Positions 1 through 9,102 of a stretch of DNA of 64,000 bases are shown here, piece after piece (within the stretch, counting starts at the first letter, position 1; the number at the start of each line of letters is the position of its first letter). The stretch comes from Bacilli bacterium (lineage in GTDB: Bacteria > Bacillota_I > Bacilli_A > RFN20 > CAG-826). The stretch lies in contig JAKSUV010000005.1 in the NCBI GenBank assembly GCA_024408655.1, positions 2,730 to 66,729 on the forward strand. Direction: 5' to 3'. The notes beneath the pieces were generated by a model. That model worked only from the letters and a program-made list of their open reading frames with translations, made no database searches and was not told the origin of the DNA. The position numbers and the translations under genes were made by a program.

Positions 1-478
1 CTTTTCCTAAACCATTTAAGATAACTTTTAAAGGCGTCTTACGCGCTTTATTCGCGTTAAGCGCAATTTTAATCGCGCCTTCCGCGGCAGCGAATGATTC
101 GTGCCCCGCTAAGAAACAGAAACATTTCGTTTCATCGCGCAGTAACATCGCCCCTAAATTACCGTGTCCACGACCAACTTGACGGATCTCGGCGACACTA
201 CCAGGAACGCAGAAGGCTTGTAAACCTTCACCAATAAGTTCCGCGGCTTCCGCGGCGGTCTTGGCTTTTTTCTTTAGCGCAATCGCGCAACCAAGGGTAT
301 AAGCCCACTTTGCGTTTTCAAACGCGATGGGTTGGGTTTCGGTGACAATTTTATAAGGATCAACTTTGTGCTTTAAGCATAAGTTATAAGCGTCTTCTAA
401 GCTTTTAAGGCCATAAGTGGTTAAGCACTTAGTAATGCCAACTTTCCGACGCGAAGAATTTTCGAATACTGCTTGCAT
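1..478 (-). CDS. GGGtGRT-family protein, N-terminal ~159 codons (CDS continues beyond window start)
   Basis: Not in the ORF track because it runs off the edge. Manual translation from ATG 478-476 gives MQAVFENSSRRKVGITKCLTTYGLKSLEDAYNLCLKHKVDPYKIVTETQPIAFENAKWAYTLGCAIALKK..GEGLQAFCVPGSVAEIRQVGRGHGNLGAMLLRDETKCFCFLAGHESFAAAEGAIKIA.., and the frame stays open to position 1. This matches, from memory, the conserved N-half of GGGtGRT proteins. The start lies 3 nt downstream of the preceding NifU-like gene. Confidence 0.7.
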   Translation of the reverse strand, partial: MQAVFENSSRRKVGITKCLTTYGLKSLEDAYNLCLKHKVDPYKIVTETQPIAFENAKWAYTLGCAIALKKKAKTAAEAAELIGEGLQAFCVPGSVAEIRQVGRGHGNLGAMLLRDETKCFCFLAGHESFAAAEGAIKIALNANKARKTPLKVILNGLGK

Positions 479-481
479 AAC

Positions 482-1183
482 TTACTCCTTTCTCGGGTCA
501 ATCGTTTTGACCGCATCTTGATAGCGACCATAGGTTCCAATCGCTTTCTTATAAGCTTCTTTTGGATCAGTACCACCACGAATCATTTTCATCATTTTGC
601 CTAAATTCACAAATTGATAACCAATGATTTCGTGATTTTTATCTAAGCCAAGCTTTAAGACATAGCCATCGGTCATTTCTAGATAACGTGCACCGGTTTT
701 AACACTACCAAACATCGTGCCGATTTGGCTTCGTAACACGCCACCTAAATCTTCGAGGCTACTACCAATTGGTAAACCGTTCTCGCTAAACGCGGTTTGG
801 CTCCGACCATAAACGAGTTGCTTAAAGATTTCGCGCATTGCGACGTTAATCGCATCGCACACTAAATCAGTATTAAGCGCTTCTAAGATGGTTTTACCTT
901 GTAAAATTTCAGCCGCCATTGCTGCCGAATGCGTCATCCCTGAGCAACCAAGTGTTTCCACTAAAGCTTCTTGGATGATACCGTTTTTCACATTGAGCGT
1001 TAATTTGCACGCGCCCTGTTGGGGAGCGCACCAACCAACACCATGGCTTAACGCACTAATTTGGGTGATTTCCTTAACTTTGACCCATTCGCCTTCTTCA
1101 GGAATTGGAGCGGGTCCGTGATCACAGCCTTTCTTCACTGTGCACATTTTCATAACTTCCGGGGTATAGATTAATTTTCCCAT
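482..1183 (-). CDS. NifU/IscU-like Fe-S scaffold-domain protein
   Basis: The core VGWCAPQQGACKLTLNVKNGIIQEALVETLGCSGMTHSAAMAAEILQGKTILEALN aligns with the IscU/NifU N-domain. The gene is tightly coupled to the downstream GGGtGRT gene. Confidence 0.7.
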   Translation of the reverse strand: MGKLIYTPEVMKMCTVKKGCDHGPAPIPEEGEWVKVKEITQISALSHGVGWCAPQQGACKLTLNVKNGIIQEALVETLGCSGMTHSAAMAAEILQGKTILEALNTDLVCDAINVAMREIFKQLVYGRSQTAFSENGLPIGSSLEDLGGVLRSQIGTMFGSVKTGARYLEMTDGYVLKLGLDKNHEIIGYQFVNLGKMMKMIRGGTDPKEAYKKAIGTYGRYQDAVKTIDPRKE

Positions 1184-1260
1184 TTGAAAACTCCTTTTAA
1201 TTAGTTAATATCTTACCACAATTTATTAAATATAATCATTACGATTATCTTTTTTATAAT

Positions 1261-1343
1261 TGGTGGGCCTGACAGGACTTGAACCTGCATGGTCACCCAT
1301 TGGATTCTAAGTCCAACGCGTCTACCAGTTTCGCCACAGGCCC
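1261..1343 (-). tRNA. tRNA-Leu (anticodon UAG)
   Basis: The reverse complement GGGCCTGTGGCGAAACTGGTAGACGCGTTGGACTTAGAATCCAATGGGTGACCATGCAGGTTCAAGTCCTGTCAGGCCCACCA folds as a cloverleaf. It has a 7-bp acceptor stem, anticodon stem TTGGA/TCCAA, loop CTTAGAA, a long variable arm, a TTCAAGT T-loop and an encoded CCA. Confidence 0.9.
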
Positions 1344-1413
1344 GTGAAAGTATTAAAGCATAGAGCAAGGCGTTTCGCAATGCTCGAGGTGTTTTATTGA
1401 GTTAATTAAATCA

Positions 1414-1438
1414 AAGAAAAAAAGACCAATCGGTCTTT
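1414..1438 (-). terminator. Rho-independent terminator directly after tRNA-Ala
   Basis: On the minus strand, AAAGACC-gatt-GGTCTTT is followed by a T-run (plus-strand A-run 1417-1423). Confidence 0.6.
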
Positions 1439-1514
1439 TGGTGGAGCAGACGGGGATCGAACCCGCTACCTCCTGCATGCCATGCAGGCGCTCTCCCAGG
1501 TGAGCTACTGCCCC
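1439..1514 (-). tRNA. tRNA-Ala (anticodon GGC)
   Basis: The reverse complement is GGGGCAGTAGCTCACCTGGGAGAGCGCCTGCATGGCATGCAGGAGGTAGCGGGTTCGATCCCCGTCTGCTCCACCA. It carries the G3:U70 alanine identity pair, anticodon loop ATGGCAT and an encoded CCA. Confidence 0.9.
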
Positions 1515-1570
1515 AAGATAATGTGCTTAATTATTATCGTGATAAGTATATTTAATGTCAATGTTTTGTT

Positions 1571-1648
1571 TGGCGCGCCTAGGACGATTCGAACGTCCGG
1601 CCTTCTTCTTAGGAGGAAGACGCTCTATCCAGACTGAGCTATAGGCGC
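1571..1648 (-). tRNA. tRNA-Arg (anticodon CCU)
   Basis: The reverse complement is GCGCCTATAGCTCAGTCTGGATAGAGCGTCTTCCTCCTAAGAAGAAGGCCGGACGTTCGAATCGTCCTAGGCGCGCCA. It has anticodon stem TCTTC/GAAGA, loop CTCCTAA, T-loop TTCGAAT and an encoded CCA. Confidence 0.9.
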
Positions 1649-1655
1649 ATCTTCT

Positions 1656-2972
1656 TTATTTTAGATATTTCTCGTAAGGAAACCTATCCATACTATCCAT
1701 ATCAACTTTAGGAATTTCTACTATGTCATTACCGTGATAATACCAAGTCTCAAGATGATTAATCGATGGGAAATAAATGAGTTCGGCTGGATCGGCGGGG
1801 ATCGAAAATTCTTCATCCACCACCGAACGAACTAATTCACAGCTTACATCAACTTCAAATTGTAAATGGTTAAACATAAAGGGAACCGCTGGTTTTTTAC
1901 CTGATAAATATTTCATCCGTCGTGCATAACGTTCAACACTAGAAGTGCCATTAAGATTCATATCTAATACATAGTTTTCGCCTTTTTTGCTTATCTTTGT
2001 GTAATAAGTAATATCTTTCCCGTCAATCTTAATCGTTACCTCATCCTCCCCCATTGTTTCTTTTGCGACAATATAAAGGAAGGGATCATATGGATATTTA
2101 TCAGGGCAGTCTTTTGTATAATGCTCTTCATCTGTTATAACTTTCTTTGATTCCTTTAACCATTCCACTTGTTCTTTCGCCGCAACGTTACCCGTATAAG
2201 AATGAACTTCAAATGGTTTCGCTTCATTGTAGAATTCTCGTTTGCCAACCCGCGGAACAAGATCAGGCATATCTTCTGAATAAGAGATTGATTCTTCCAT
2301 GCATTCCACTTTGTGATCTGTTCCGCTTTGATCATTAGCCACTAAAGCGTTGTGCACCTCGACATGAACTTTGCCTTCAATAAACGGAGGAATACTAACA
2401 ATCGTATCCGTATAGCCACGAGCGACCGCTAAATAGTTGCGTGGTTTGATGACTTGCTCTCCATATTTTTCATCATAATTTAAAAACTTATAAACTGCGA
2501 CATTTGCTAAATCATAAATCGGTAACGCTTTATCACCTTCAAACGCTTGTGTAGGATGCTCGCCTTCATCAGTCGCTTCCATATAGCGCGCCATCACGCC
2601 TTCCCACTCTGGATCAGGTGCAGGTGGTATATATGGTTTTACAAAGTAACGACCAGTGATGTAACAAGAGACTGCTGCCATCACACCCACGAGGGCAACA
2701 AGTGAAGCGCTAATAATTGGCCAATGATATTTTTCGTGGTTCCGAATTAAATGCCGTGACCGTTTGAGTTTACCTGGTAATTGATAATAACGTTTGACTT
2801 TGTCAGGACCCACAATCACCCAATAAATTTGGTGATCATCCATTAACCACTTTTCTTCTTCGGTAAACGAAAGAATCTCACCTTTATCGTAATATTTACC
2901 AAAACGTTCAAAATATTCGTTTAAAGTATGACCCTTACGAATATCAAACTTTTTGGCTTTATCTTTTTTCAT
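1656..2972 (-). CDS. Hypothetical single-pass membrane protein (about 90-aa basic cytoplasmic N-domain, one TM, about 320-aa outside domain)
   Basis: Long ORF with TM segment WPIISASLVALVGVMAAVSCYITG. I recognise no family motif. Confidence 0.6.
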   Translation of the reverse strand: MKKDKAKKFDIRKGHTLNEYFERFGKYYDKGEILSFTEEEKWLMDDHQIYWVIVGPDKVKRYYQLPGKLKRSRHLIRNHEKYHWPIISASLVALVGVMAAVSCYITGRYFVKPYIPPAPDPEWEGVMARYMEATDEGEHPTQAFEGDKALPIYDLANVAVYKFLNYDEKYGEQVIKPRNYLAVARGYTDTIVSIPPFIEGKVHVEVHNALVANDQSGTDHKVECMEESISYSEDMPDLVPRVGKREFYNEAKPFEVHSYTGNVAAKEQVEWLKESKKVITDEEHYTKDCPDKYPYDPFLYIVAKETMGEDEVTIKIDGKDITYYTKISKKGENYVLDMNLNGTSSVERYARRMKYLSGKKPAVPFMFNHLQFEVDVSCELVRSVVDEEFSIPADPAELIYFPSINHLETWYYHGNDIVEIPKVDMDSMDRFPYEKYLK

Positions 2973-3076
2973 AATTAAAAGCGAGAGAGTAAAGACAAAA
3001 TCAATACTTTCTTACTCAAATTATAAGATATTTTCATTGTTAATGAAATAGAAACTAATATGATACAATTGTATCT

Positions 3077-3523
3077 ATGAAACGAAGTGAATTAGCTAAA
3101 CAATATTTCTTAAAAGGTTATAACTGCTCTCAATCAGTTGTTTTAGCCTTTAAAGATTTGATTAAACTCGATGAAGCTACCATTACTAAAATCGCTTCAC
3201 CTTTTGGCGGGGGTTTAGGACGGATGAGAGAAACCTGTGGCGCACTTAGTGGTGCGTTAATTGTCCTTGGTTATTTATACGGAAGCGATAACGCGAATGC
3301 GCAAGCAAAAGAAAGACTCTACGTCCATGTTCAAGCCATTGTGAAAGCCTTTAAAGATAAGAACGGCTTTGTGTTATGTCGCGATTTATTACATCTTGAT
3401 CATCAGAGTGATACCCCACGTCCCGCGGAACGAAACGCCCAATATTATCATTCACGGAAGTGCGTTGAAATCGTGAGTAGCGCAGCCGAGATTTTAGAAC
3501 AGTATCTCGCAACCCTTAAATAA
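3077..3523 (+). CDS. C_GCAxxG_C_C family (putative redox-active) protein
   Basis: Contains YNCSQSV..., the TCGALSGA (GCAxxG-type) motif, and C-terminal Cys residues (LCRDLL, RKC). Confidence 0.7.
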   Translation: MKRSELAKQYFLKGYNCSQSVVLAFKDLIKLDEATITKIASPFGGGLGRMRETCGALSGALIVLGYLYGSDNANAQAKERLYVHVQAIVKAFKDKNGFVLCRDLLHLDHQSDTPRPAERNAQYYHSRKCVEIVSSAAEILEQYLATLK

Positions 3524-4124
3524 CTCGTTTCTTCTTTTTGTTACACTTTTTGACGCGATAAAAAATTGACGCCACCGAGCGTTTCGTCGTGCGAAAATGT
3601 TTAGCAATTTCCCCATTTGAATAACCTTTCTCTTTCATGGCTACCATTTTTTGAACCCGCGAATCGTTATGTCCGTGGTAAGAAGAACTTACTTTCTCAC
3701 ACGTATCTTCTAAGCTCATTAATTCTTGTGGTGTCGCGCCTTTATCAGCGAAAGTTAAAGCATCGACATATTTTAATTCATCAACGTCTTTAATCCCGCC
3801 ATCGATTGAGACATAATCGGCAATCGGATCACGCGCAAAATCACGAATCCTTTGAATGGTTAGATTATTAAGAACCTTCCCAAAATAAATCCGAAAAGTT
3901 CCGCGACTTTTGTCAAAAGTCTTAATCGCGATCATTAACGCATCGTATAGCAAGGCGTCCCGCTCCTCGTATAAGGCGTTAAAGTAAGCAGATGTTTTTA
4001 AAGCTTGTTGCACCACCACGTAGCCATAATTCCGGTACCGATTATAAAGCACGAAGAAAATGGCAATCTTCTTTTGTCGGTGGAGCGCAACCAGACGTTC
4101 GTCTGAGTAACGTTCTATATTCAT
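3516..4124 (-). CDS. Sigma-70 family RNA polymerase sigma factor (SigH/ComX-like position)
   Basis: About 200 aa, with a region-2-like N-half and a region-4 HTH-like C-half (GYSNGEIAKHFRTTKRSVASIFYRVKK). It sits downstream of cysS-rlmB, as sigH does in Bacillus. Confidence 0.6.
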   Translation of the reverse strand: MNIERYSDERLVALHRQKKIAIFFVLYNRYRNYGYVVVQQALKTSAYFNALYEERDALLYDALMIAIKTFDKSRGTFRIYFGKVLNNLTIQRIRDFARDPIADYVSIDGGIKDVDELKYVDALTFADKGATPQELMSLEDTCEKVSSSYHGHNDSRVQKMVAMKEKGYSNGEIAKHFRTTKRSVASIFYRVKKCNKKKKRVI

Positions 4125-4140
4125 ATTTCCTCCTAAAAAT

Positions 4141-4863
4141 TTAGGAAGGAATTCGACAACTAATAATATGTGCGAGAATGACGCTCAAGGCGTTACTAGC
4201 GTTTAAGGAATTAACGTGACCAAACATCGGGATTTTAATGAGGAAATCACTATTATTTTTTACTAATTGTGAAATCCCCCTTCCTTCGCTACCAATCACT
4301 AAGACAAGTGGCAAGGCGTAGTCAAGTTTAGTATAACTATCTTTCGCTTCGCCATCGGTGGCAATGATCCAATAGCCAGCTTCTTTTAATTTCGCGATGG
4401 CGTTATTTAAGTTACTCACTTCGGCAACTTTAACATAGTTAATTGCCCCGGTTGAGACTTTCGCCACGGTAGCGTTTAAGGGCACTTGTCCATCTTTTTT
4501 CACCACCACGCCAACCACGTTGAAGGCATCAGCGATTCGTAAGATGGCGCCAAAATTATGTGGATCATTAATGCCGTCTAGCATAATAATAATCGGATTA
4601 CTGATTTGCTTACCATCCGCAATTAAATCACTTAACGAATAATAATTATAGCCTTTTACTTCGGCCACAATTCCTTGGTGATAATCGTTTTTTACTAGAC
4701 TCGTTAACGCTTTATGATCAAGCGTCTTAAGAGTCAGATGCTCTTGCTTAATGAGGTTTAAAAGTGCCACATCACGAAAATTTTTCGCGACATAAATTTT
4801 TTGCGCGGAATGTGATGTAATTGCGGATCGTACGGAATTCCTTCCGTAAATTAATAATGCCAT
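4141..4863 (-). CDS. rlmB: TrmH/SpoU-family 23S rRNA 2'-O-methyltransferase (RlmB-like)
   Basis: SpoU motifs DGINDPHNFGAILRIADAF, VIGSEGRGIS and SLNASNA; synteny with cysS. Confidence 0.85.
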   Translation of the reverse strand: MALLIYGRNSVRSAITSHSAQKIYVAKNFRDVALLNLIKQEHLTLKTLDHKALTSLVKNDYHQGIVAEVKGYNYYSLSDLIADGKQISNPIIIMLDGINDPHNFGAILRIADAFNVVGVVVKKDGQVPLNATVAKVSTGAINYVKVAEVSNLNNAIAKLKEAGYWIIATDGEAKDSYTKLDYALPLVLVIGSEGRGISQLVKNNSDFLIKIPMFGHVNSLNASNALSVILAHIISCRIPS

Positions 4864-4889
4864 AGATTATTCACTAGTGGGGAACTTTT

Positions 4890-6227
4890 TTACAATAAAT
4901 GTTTCCTTAACAATTCTCCTCGTAACTCATCGCTTTTTTGGTAGTTCTTTTCTTTTCGGGCGGTTTGATAGTCCGCTAAAAGTTTTTTATCTTCATCACT
5001 TAACACCGGATAATCAATCGCTAAACCAAGCAGTTTAAACATCGTTTTAATCGCCACAAAGTTTTTAGTTAAAGTAGCTAAATCACTCGTCTTACTGCGT
5101 AAAGCGGAATTCGTATTTTTTAAAGTTTCGTGTAAATAAGTTAACGCGTTACTCACATTTAAATCATCCGCAAGTGCACTTATAAACGGAGTAATATCAC
5201 TTGGATTCGCTTTTAATAAATCCGCACCGGCTTTTTGTAAGGCTAACGCGAGTTGCGAATAAGTCGTAGTGAATTTAGTTAGTTCCGCTTGCGCCATCTT
5301 AATTGTTGCTTCGGTAAATTTTACGGGCGCTCGATAGTGGGACGATAATAACGCTAACCGCACTACGTTACCACCGTATTGCTTAATCGCGTCTTTCGCT
5401 AAAATGACGTTCCCTAATGACTTTGACATTTTATTATCACCAAAGGTGACAAAGCCATTATGTAACCAATAATTCGCTAATTTATTTTTGTGGCTCGCTT
5501 TATGTTGAGCGATTTCGTTGGTGTGATGTGGGAACTTTAAATCAAATCCCCCACCATGAATATCAATGAGTCCGCCCGGAAATAAATCATCAATCATCAC
5601 GCAACATTCGGTATGCCAACCCGGACGTCCTTCACCCCAAGGTGAAGACCACTTCACGCCATCCGTTGTCTTTTTCCAAAGCGCAAAGTCTAACGGTGAT
5701 TTTTTCTTATCATCTTTTTCAACCCGCGCTCCCACTTTTAATTCATCAAGATTAATTTTGGCGAGTTCACCATAATGATCAATGCTATCGACTTTAAAAT
5801 AAACGTCGCCATCAACCACATAGGCATGATTAGTTTCTACTAGCTTATTAATGTAATTAATAATGGGCTTAATATATTCACTCACGCGTGGCGTATAAGT
5901 TGGCGCTAAAGAATGAATATCATCCACCATTTGTTTAATTTCGGCAATGTAGCGATTAGCGATGACCATTTCATCAACATTTTCTTCGATGGCTTTCTTA
6001 ATAATCTTGTCATCAACATCCGTGAAGTTACTGACATAGGTGACTTCATAACCTAAATAAATAAAAAGACGCCGTAACACATCAAACACCACGACGGGCC
6101 GTAAATTACCAATGTGGGGTGAACTATAAGCGGTCGAGCCACACACATACATCGAGACTTTATCTTTTGCGATACTTTTAAAGGTCTCGAGGCGGTTAGT
6201 TAAAGAATTAAATAGTTTAACTTCCAT
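4890..6227 (-). CDS. cysS: Cysteine--tRNA ligase
   Basis: Class I motifs HIGN and KMSKS, plus the GWHTEC zinc site. Confidence 0.95.
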   Translation of the reverse strand: MEVKLFNSLTNRLETFKSIAKDKVSMYVCGSTAYSSPHIGNLRPVVVFDVLRRLFIYLGYEVTYVSNFTDVDDKIIKKAIEENVDEMVIANRYIAEIKQMVDDIHSLAPTYTPRVSEYIKPIINYINKLVETNHAYVVDGDVYFKVDSIDHYGELAKINLDELKVGARVEKDDKKKSPLDFALWKKTTDGVKWSSPWGEGRPGWHTECCVMIDDLFPGGLIDIHGGGFDLKFPHHTNEIAQHKASHKNKLANYWLHNGFVTFGDNKMSKSLGNVILAKDAIKQYGGNVVRLALLSSHYRAPVKFTEATIKMAQAELTKFTTTYSQLALALQKAGADLLKANPSDITPFISALADDLNVSNALTYLHETLKNTNSALRSKTSDLATLTKNFVAIKTMFKLLGLAIDYPVLSDEDKKLLADYQTARKEKNYQKSDELRGELLRKHLL

Positions 6228-6231
6228 ACTT

Positions 6232-6879
6232 CTATTTTAAATGCTTTAAAAGCTCTTTGGGATGTTTTATTTTAAAGATGGCATCATCTTCGCTAAATTT
6301 TCCATATTGGCCATAGCCGTATTTTACAAGCGCACTAGCGATTTTAGCGTTCTTCGCCGCCTTTAAATCAACTTCACTATCGCCAATATATAAACACTCA
6401 TTCCGGTCTAATTGGTTACGACGAATAATCTCATTAATGACATAAGGATCTGGTTTCTTTGGCATCGTGCGGGTTTGGTAAACCGCATCTTTAAAATAAT
6501 TTTCGCCGTATAAACGCGCAATCACACTCGGCCCCACTTCGACTGGTTTATTCGTGGCAATATAAAGCGTATAACCCCGCGCTTTTAATTTATTAAGGGT
6601 TTTTAATAAGCCATGAAAAATCTTCACGTCTTTCCTTTGGTGGGTGATGGCTTGAGTGGGTAGATAATAATCAAGTACAGTATCTAAATCAAGCGGAAGG
6701 CCTTTAAAAGCGCAATTAATTAAATAAGGCGTTCCATAACCAACAAAGTTATAAACATCTTTCTTTTTCCACCGCCACGACTTACGAAAATGTTTAAGCG
6801 CTAAATTCACGGCTTCGGTAATACCTGGCAAGGTATCAACGATAGTTCCGTCAAGGTCAAAAATTAAGTGTTTATACAT
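6232..6879 (-). CDS. HAD-IA hydrolase (phosphoglycolate-phosphatase-like)
   Basis: DLDGTIVDT motif I, ATNK motif II region, and GDSEVD motif IV. Confidence 0.75.
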   Translation of the reverse strand: MYKHLIFDLDGTIVDTLPGITEAVNLALKHFRKSWRWKKKDVYNFVGYGTPYLINCAFKGLPLDLDTVLDYYLPTQAITHQRKDVKIFHGLLKTLNKLKARGYTLYIATNKPVEVGPSVIARLYGENYFKDAVYQTRTMPKKPDPYVINEIIRRNQLDRNECLYIGDSEVDLKAAKNAKIASALVKYGYGQYGKFSEDDAIFKIKHPKELLKHLK

Positions 6880-6912
6880 ACTTTATATTTATAAGGATTT
6901 AATTTTGAAAAA

Positions 6913-7458
6913 TTAAACGGTTAAAATTTCTTTTTCTTTATTAGCTAATAAGCTATCAATGGTTTTACTTGTTTCGTCGACCGCTTTTTGAATCTCGTCT
7001 TGAATGCGTTTCTTTAAATCATCGCTATAGCCTTCATCGTCTTTTAAGAAATCAAAATATTCCCGCCGAATATTACGTAAGGCAACTTTCGCATCTTCAC
7101 TCATCGCTTTCGCTTGCTTGGCGATTTGTTTACGGGTGTCTTCGGTTAAACCAGGAATCACAATCCGGATTTGGTCACCATCCACCGTTGGGTTAAGGTT
7201 TAAGCCCGCACTAGAAATCGCTGCGACAATCGCTTTTAAGTCGTTCTTATCGTAGGGTTTCACTAAGATTTGGCGGGGTTCAGGTGAAGTAATCGCCGCG
7301 ATTTGGTTAATCGGCATCTTATCGCCATAATAATCCGCTTGCACTTTATCGAGCATACTTGGATTAGCGCGCCCGGTTCTAAGGGTCACAAAATTGTCTT
7401 TAAGATTTGCGATGGTTTTATCCATCTTTTCTTTTGCTTGAATGGTTAACTCGTCCAT
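6913..7458 (-). CDS. frr: Ribosome recycling factor
   Basis: Typical RRF sequence (LRTGRANPSMLD.., LTEDTRK) and pyrH-frr synteny. Confidence 0.95.
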   Translation of the reverse strand: MDELTIQAKEKMDKTIANLKDNFVTLRTGRANPSMLDKVQADYYGDKMPINQIAAITSPEPRQILVKPYDKNDLKAIVAAISSAGLNLNPTVDGDQIRIVIPGLTEDTRKQIAKQAKAMSEDAKVALRNIRREYFDFLKDDEGYSDDLKKRIQDEIQKAVDETSKTIDSLLANKEKEILTV

Positions 7459-7462
7459 ATAG

Positions 7463-8182
7463 TTACTCCTTTGTTAATACGGTACCAACATCGATACCTT
7501 TAATCACTTTAACGAAGTTATCTTCCGCCATGCCAAAGACATGGATTTTGATTTTGCTGTTATAAGCAATGAGGGTTGTTAAAGCGGTTAAATCCATCAC
7601 CGCTAATTTTTTATCAACGCACTCTTGGAAAGTTAATTTCTTAATTAATTTAGCGTGTTTATTCTTTCGTGGATCAGCTGTATAAACGCCATCAACCCCG
7701 TTTTTCGCCATAAAGATGGCGTCCGCATTAATCTCGGTTGCCCGTAAAGCAGCTGCGGTATCGGTAGTAAAATAAGGATTACCCGTTCCACCCGCAAAGA
7801 TAACGGTTACACCCGCATTAAGGTGGGCAATCGCTTTTAAGCGGAGATAAGGTTCCGCGACCGATTTAACTTCGACACTACTCATCACCCGGCACTTTAG
7901 ACCAAAACGTTCAATCGTGTTACTAAGTGCAGTCGCGTTAATAATGGTCGCAATCATCCCCATATAGTCACCGGTAGCTTGATCAATTTTCATATTTTTC
8001 GCGAGTTTACCACGCCAAATATTACCAGCGCCAATCACAATACCAACTTGCACTTTATGAGCGTGGAGCTTTTTTACCACGCGGGCAATCTCTTCTAGCT
8101 TCGCTAAATTTAAAATAGCGTGATCTTTCTCGTCAAGTAAGGCTTCGCCTGAGAGTTTAATGAGGATTCGTTTATACTTCAT
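7463..8182 (-). CDS. pyrH: UMP kinase
   Basis: KRILIKLSGEAL.. and GAGNIWRG motifs; synteny. Confidence 0.95.
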   Translation of the reverse strand: MKYKRILIKLSGEALLDEKDHAILNLAKLEEIARVVKKLHAHKVQVGIVIGAGNIWRGKLAKNMKIDQATGDYMGMIATIINATALSNTIERFGLKCRVMSSVEVKSVAEPYLRLKAIAHLNAGVTVIFAGGTGNPYFTTDTAAALRATEINADAIFMAKNGVDGVYTADPRKNKHAKLIKKLTFQECVDKKLAVMDLTALTTLIAYNSKIKIHVFGMAEDNFVKVIKGIDVGTVLTKE

Positions 8183-8204
8183 AATGTCTCCTTTTTATAT
8201 TATA

Positions 8205-8230
8205 AAATAAAAGCACCATTCGGTGCCTTT
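8205..8230 (-). terminator. Hairpin/attenuator between tsf and pyrH
   Basis: On the minus strand, AAAGGCACC-gaat-GGTGCTTTT is followed by ATTTT. Confidence 0.5.
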
Positions 8231-8233
8231 AAT

Positions 8234-9100
8234 TTATTTGGCTTGACTCATGACTTCACTCACAAAGTCATCAACCCGTTTTTCGATGCCTTCACCAACT
8301 TGGTAACGGATGAACTTAATCACCGCCGCACCTTTTTCTTTTAAAACTTGTTCCACTTTCTTAGTGTCATCAAGTAAATAAGCTTGTTCGTGTAAAATCA
8401 CTTCGCTTAAAGTCTTATGGACTTTGCCTTCGATAATCTTATCAATAATGGCTTGGGGTTTGCTCATGAGTTTTTGATCACTCTTGGCGGCCTCTAAAGC
8501 AATTTTCTTTTCGCTCTCTAACACTTCTTTAGGGACACAGTGTGGGCAAATATAAGTTGGGTTATTCGCCGCGATATGCATTGCGAGATTCTCAGCGAGT
8601 TCCTTATCGTCTTTATTAATCACGACAAGCACCGCAATCTTACCACCCATATGAATATAGGTACCAAAACATTCATTCACGTTTTTATTCACAATCTCGT
8701 AACGACGAAGCGAAAGTTTTTCCCCCATTGCGACGGTCGCATCCGCGTAGACACTGGTTAAACCTTGGGTCGCTTCTTCGACATTCGCTGGTTTATTTTT
8801 TAACAAATAATCACGAGTGTCACTTACTAATTTTTTAAACTTCTCGCCTTTAGCGACGAAGTCAGTTTCGCAGTTGACCTCTAGCACCACCGCTTCGTTA
8901 TTATTTGCATTCACATCCGCTAAACCTTCAGCGGCAATCCGGTTCGCCTTTTTGGCGCTTTTCGTGATGCCTTGTTCGCGAAGCCAATCGCACGCTTTAT
9001 CAAGATCACAATTATTCGCTTCGAGCGCTTTCTTGCAATCGTTTAAGCCAGCGTTAGTTCTTTCGCGGAGCTTTTTAATTAATTCAATGGTCGCCGCCAT
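8234..9100 (-). CDS. tsf: Elongation factor Ts
   Basis: UBA-like N-terminus (IKKLRERTNAGLNDCKKALE); synteny with rpsB. Confidence 0.95.
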   Translation of the reverse strand: MAATIELIKKLRERTNAGLNDCKKALEANNCDLDKACDWLREQGITKSAKKANRIAAEGLADVNANNNEAVVLEVNCETDFVAKGEKFKKLVSDTRDYLLKNKPANVEEATQGLTSVYADATVAMGEKLSLRRYEIVNKNVNECFGTYIHMGGKIAVLVVINKDDKELAENLAMHIAANNPTYICPHCVPKEVLESEKKIALEAAKSDQKLMSKPQAIIDKIIEGKVHKTLSEVILHEQAYLLDDTKKVEQVLKEKGAAVIKFIRYQVGEGIEKRVDDFVSEVMSQAK

Positions 9101-9102
9101 GA

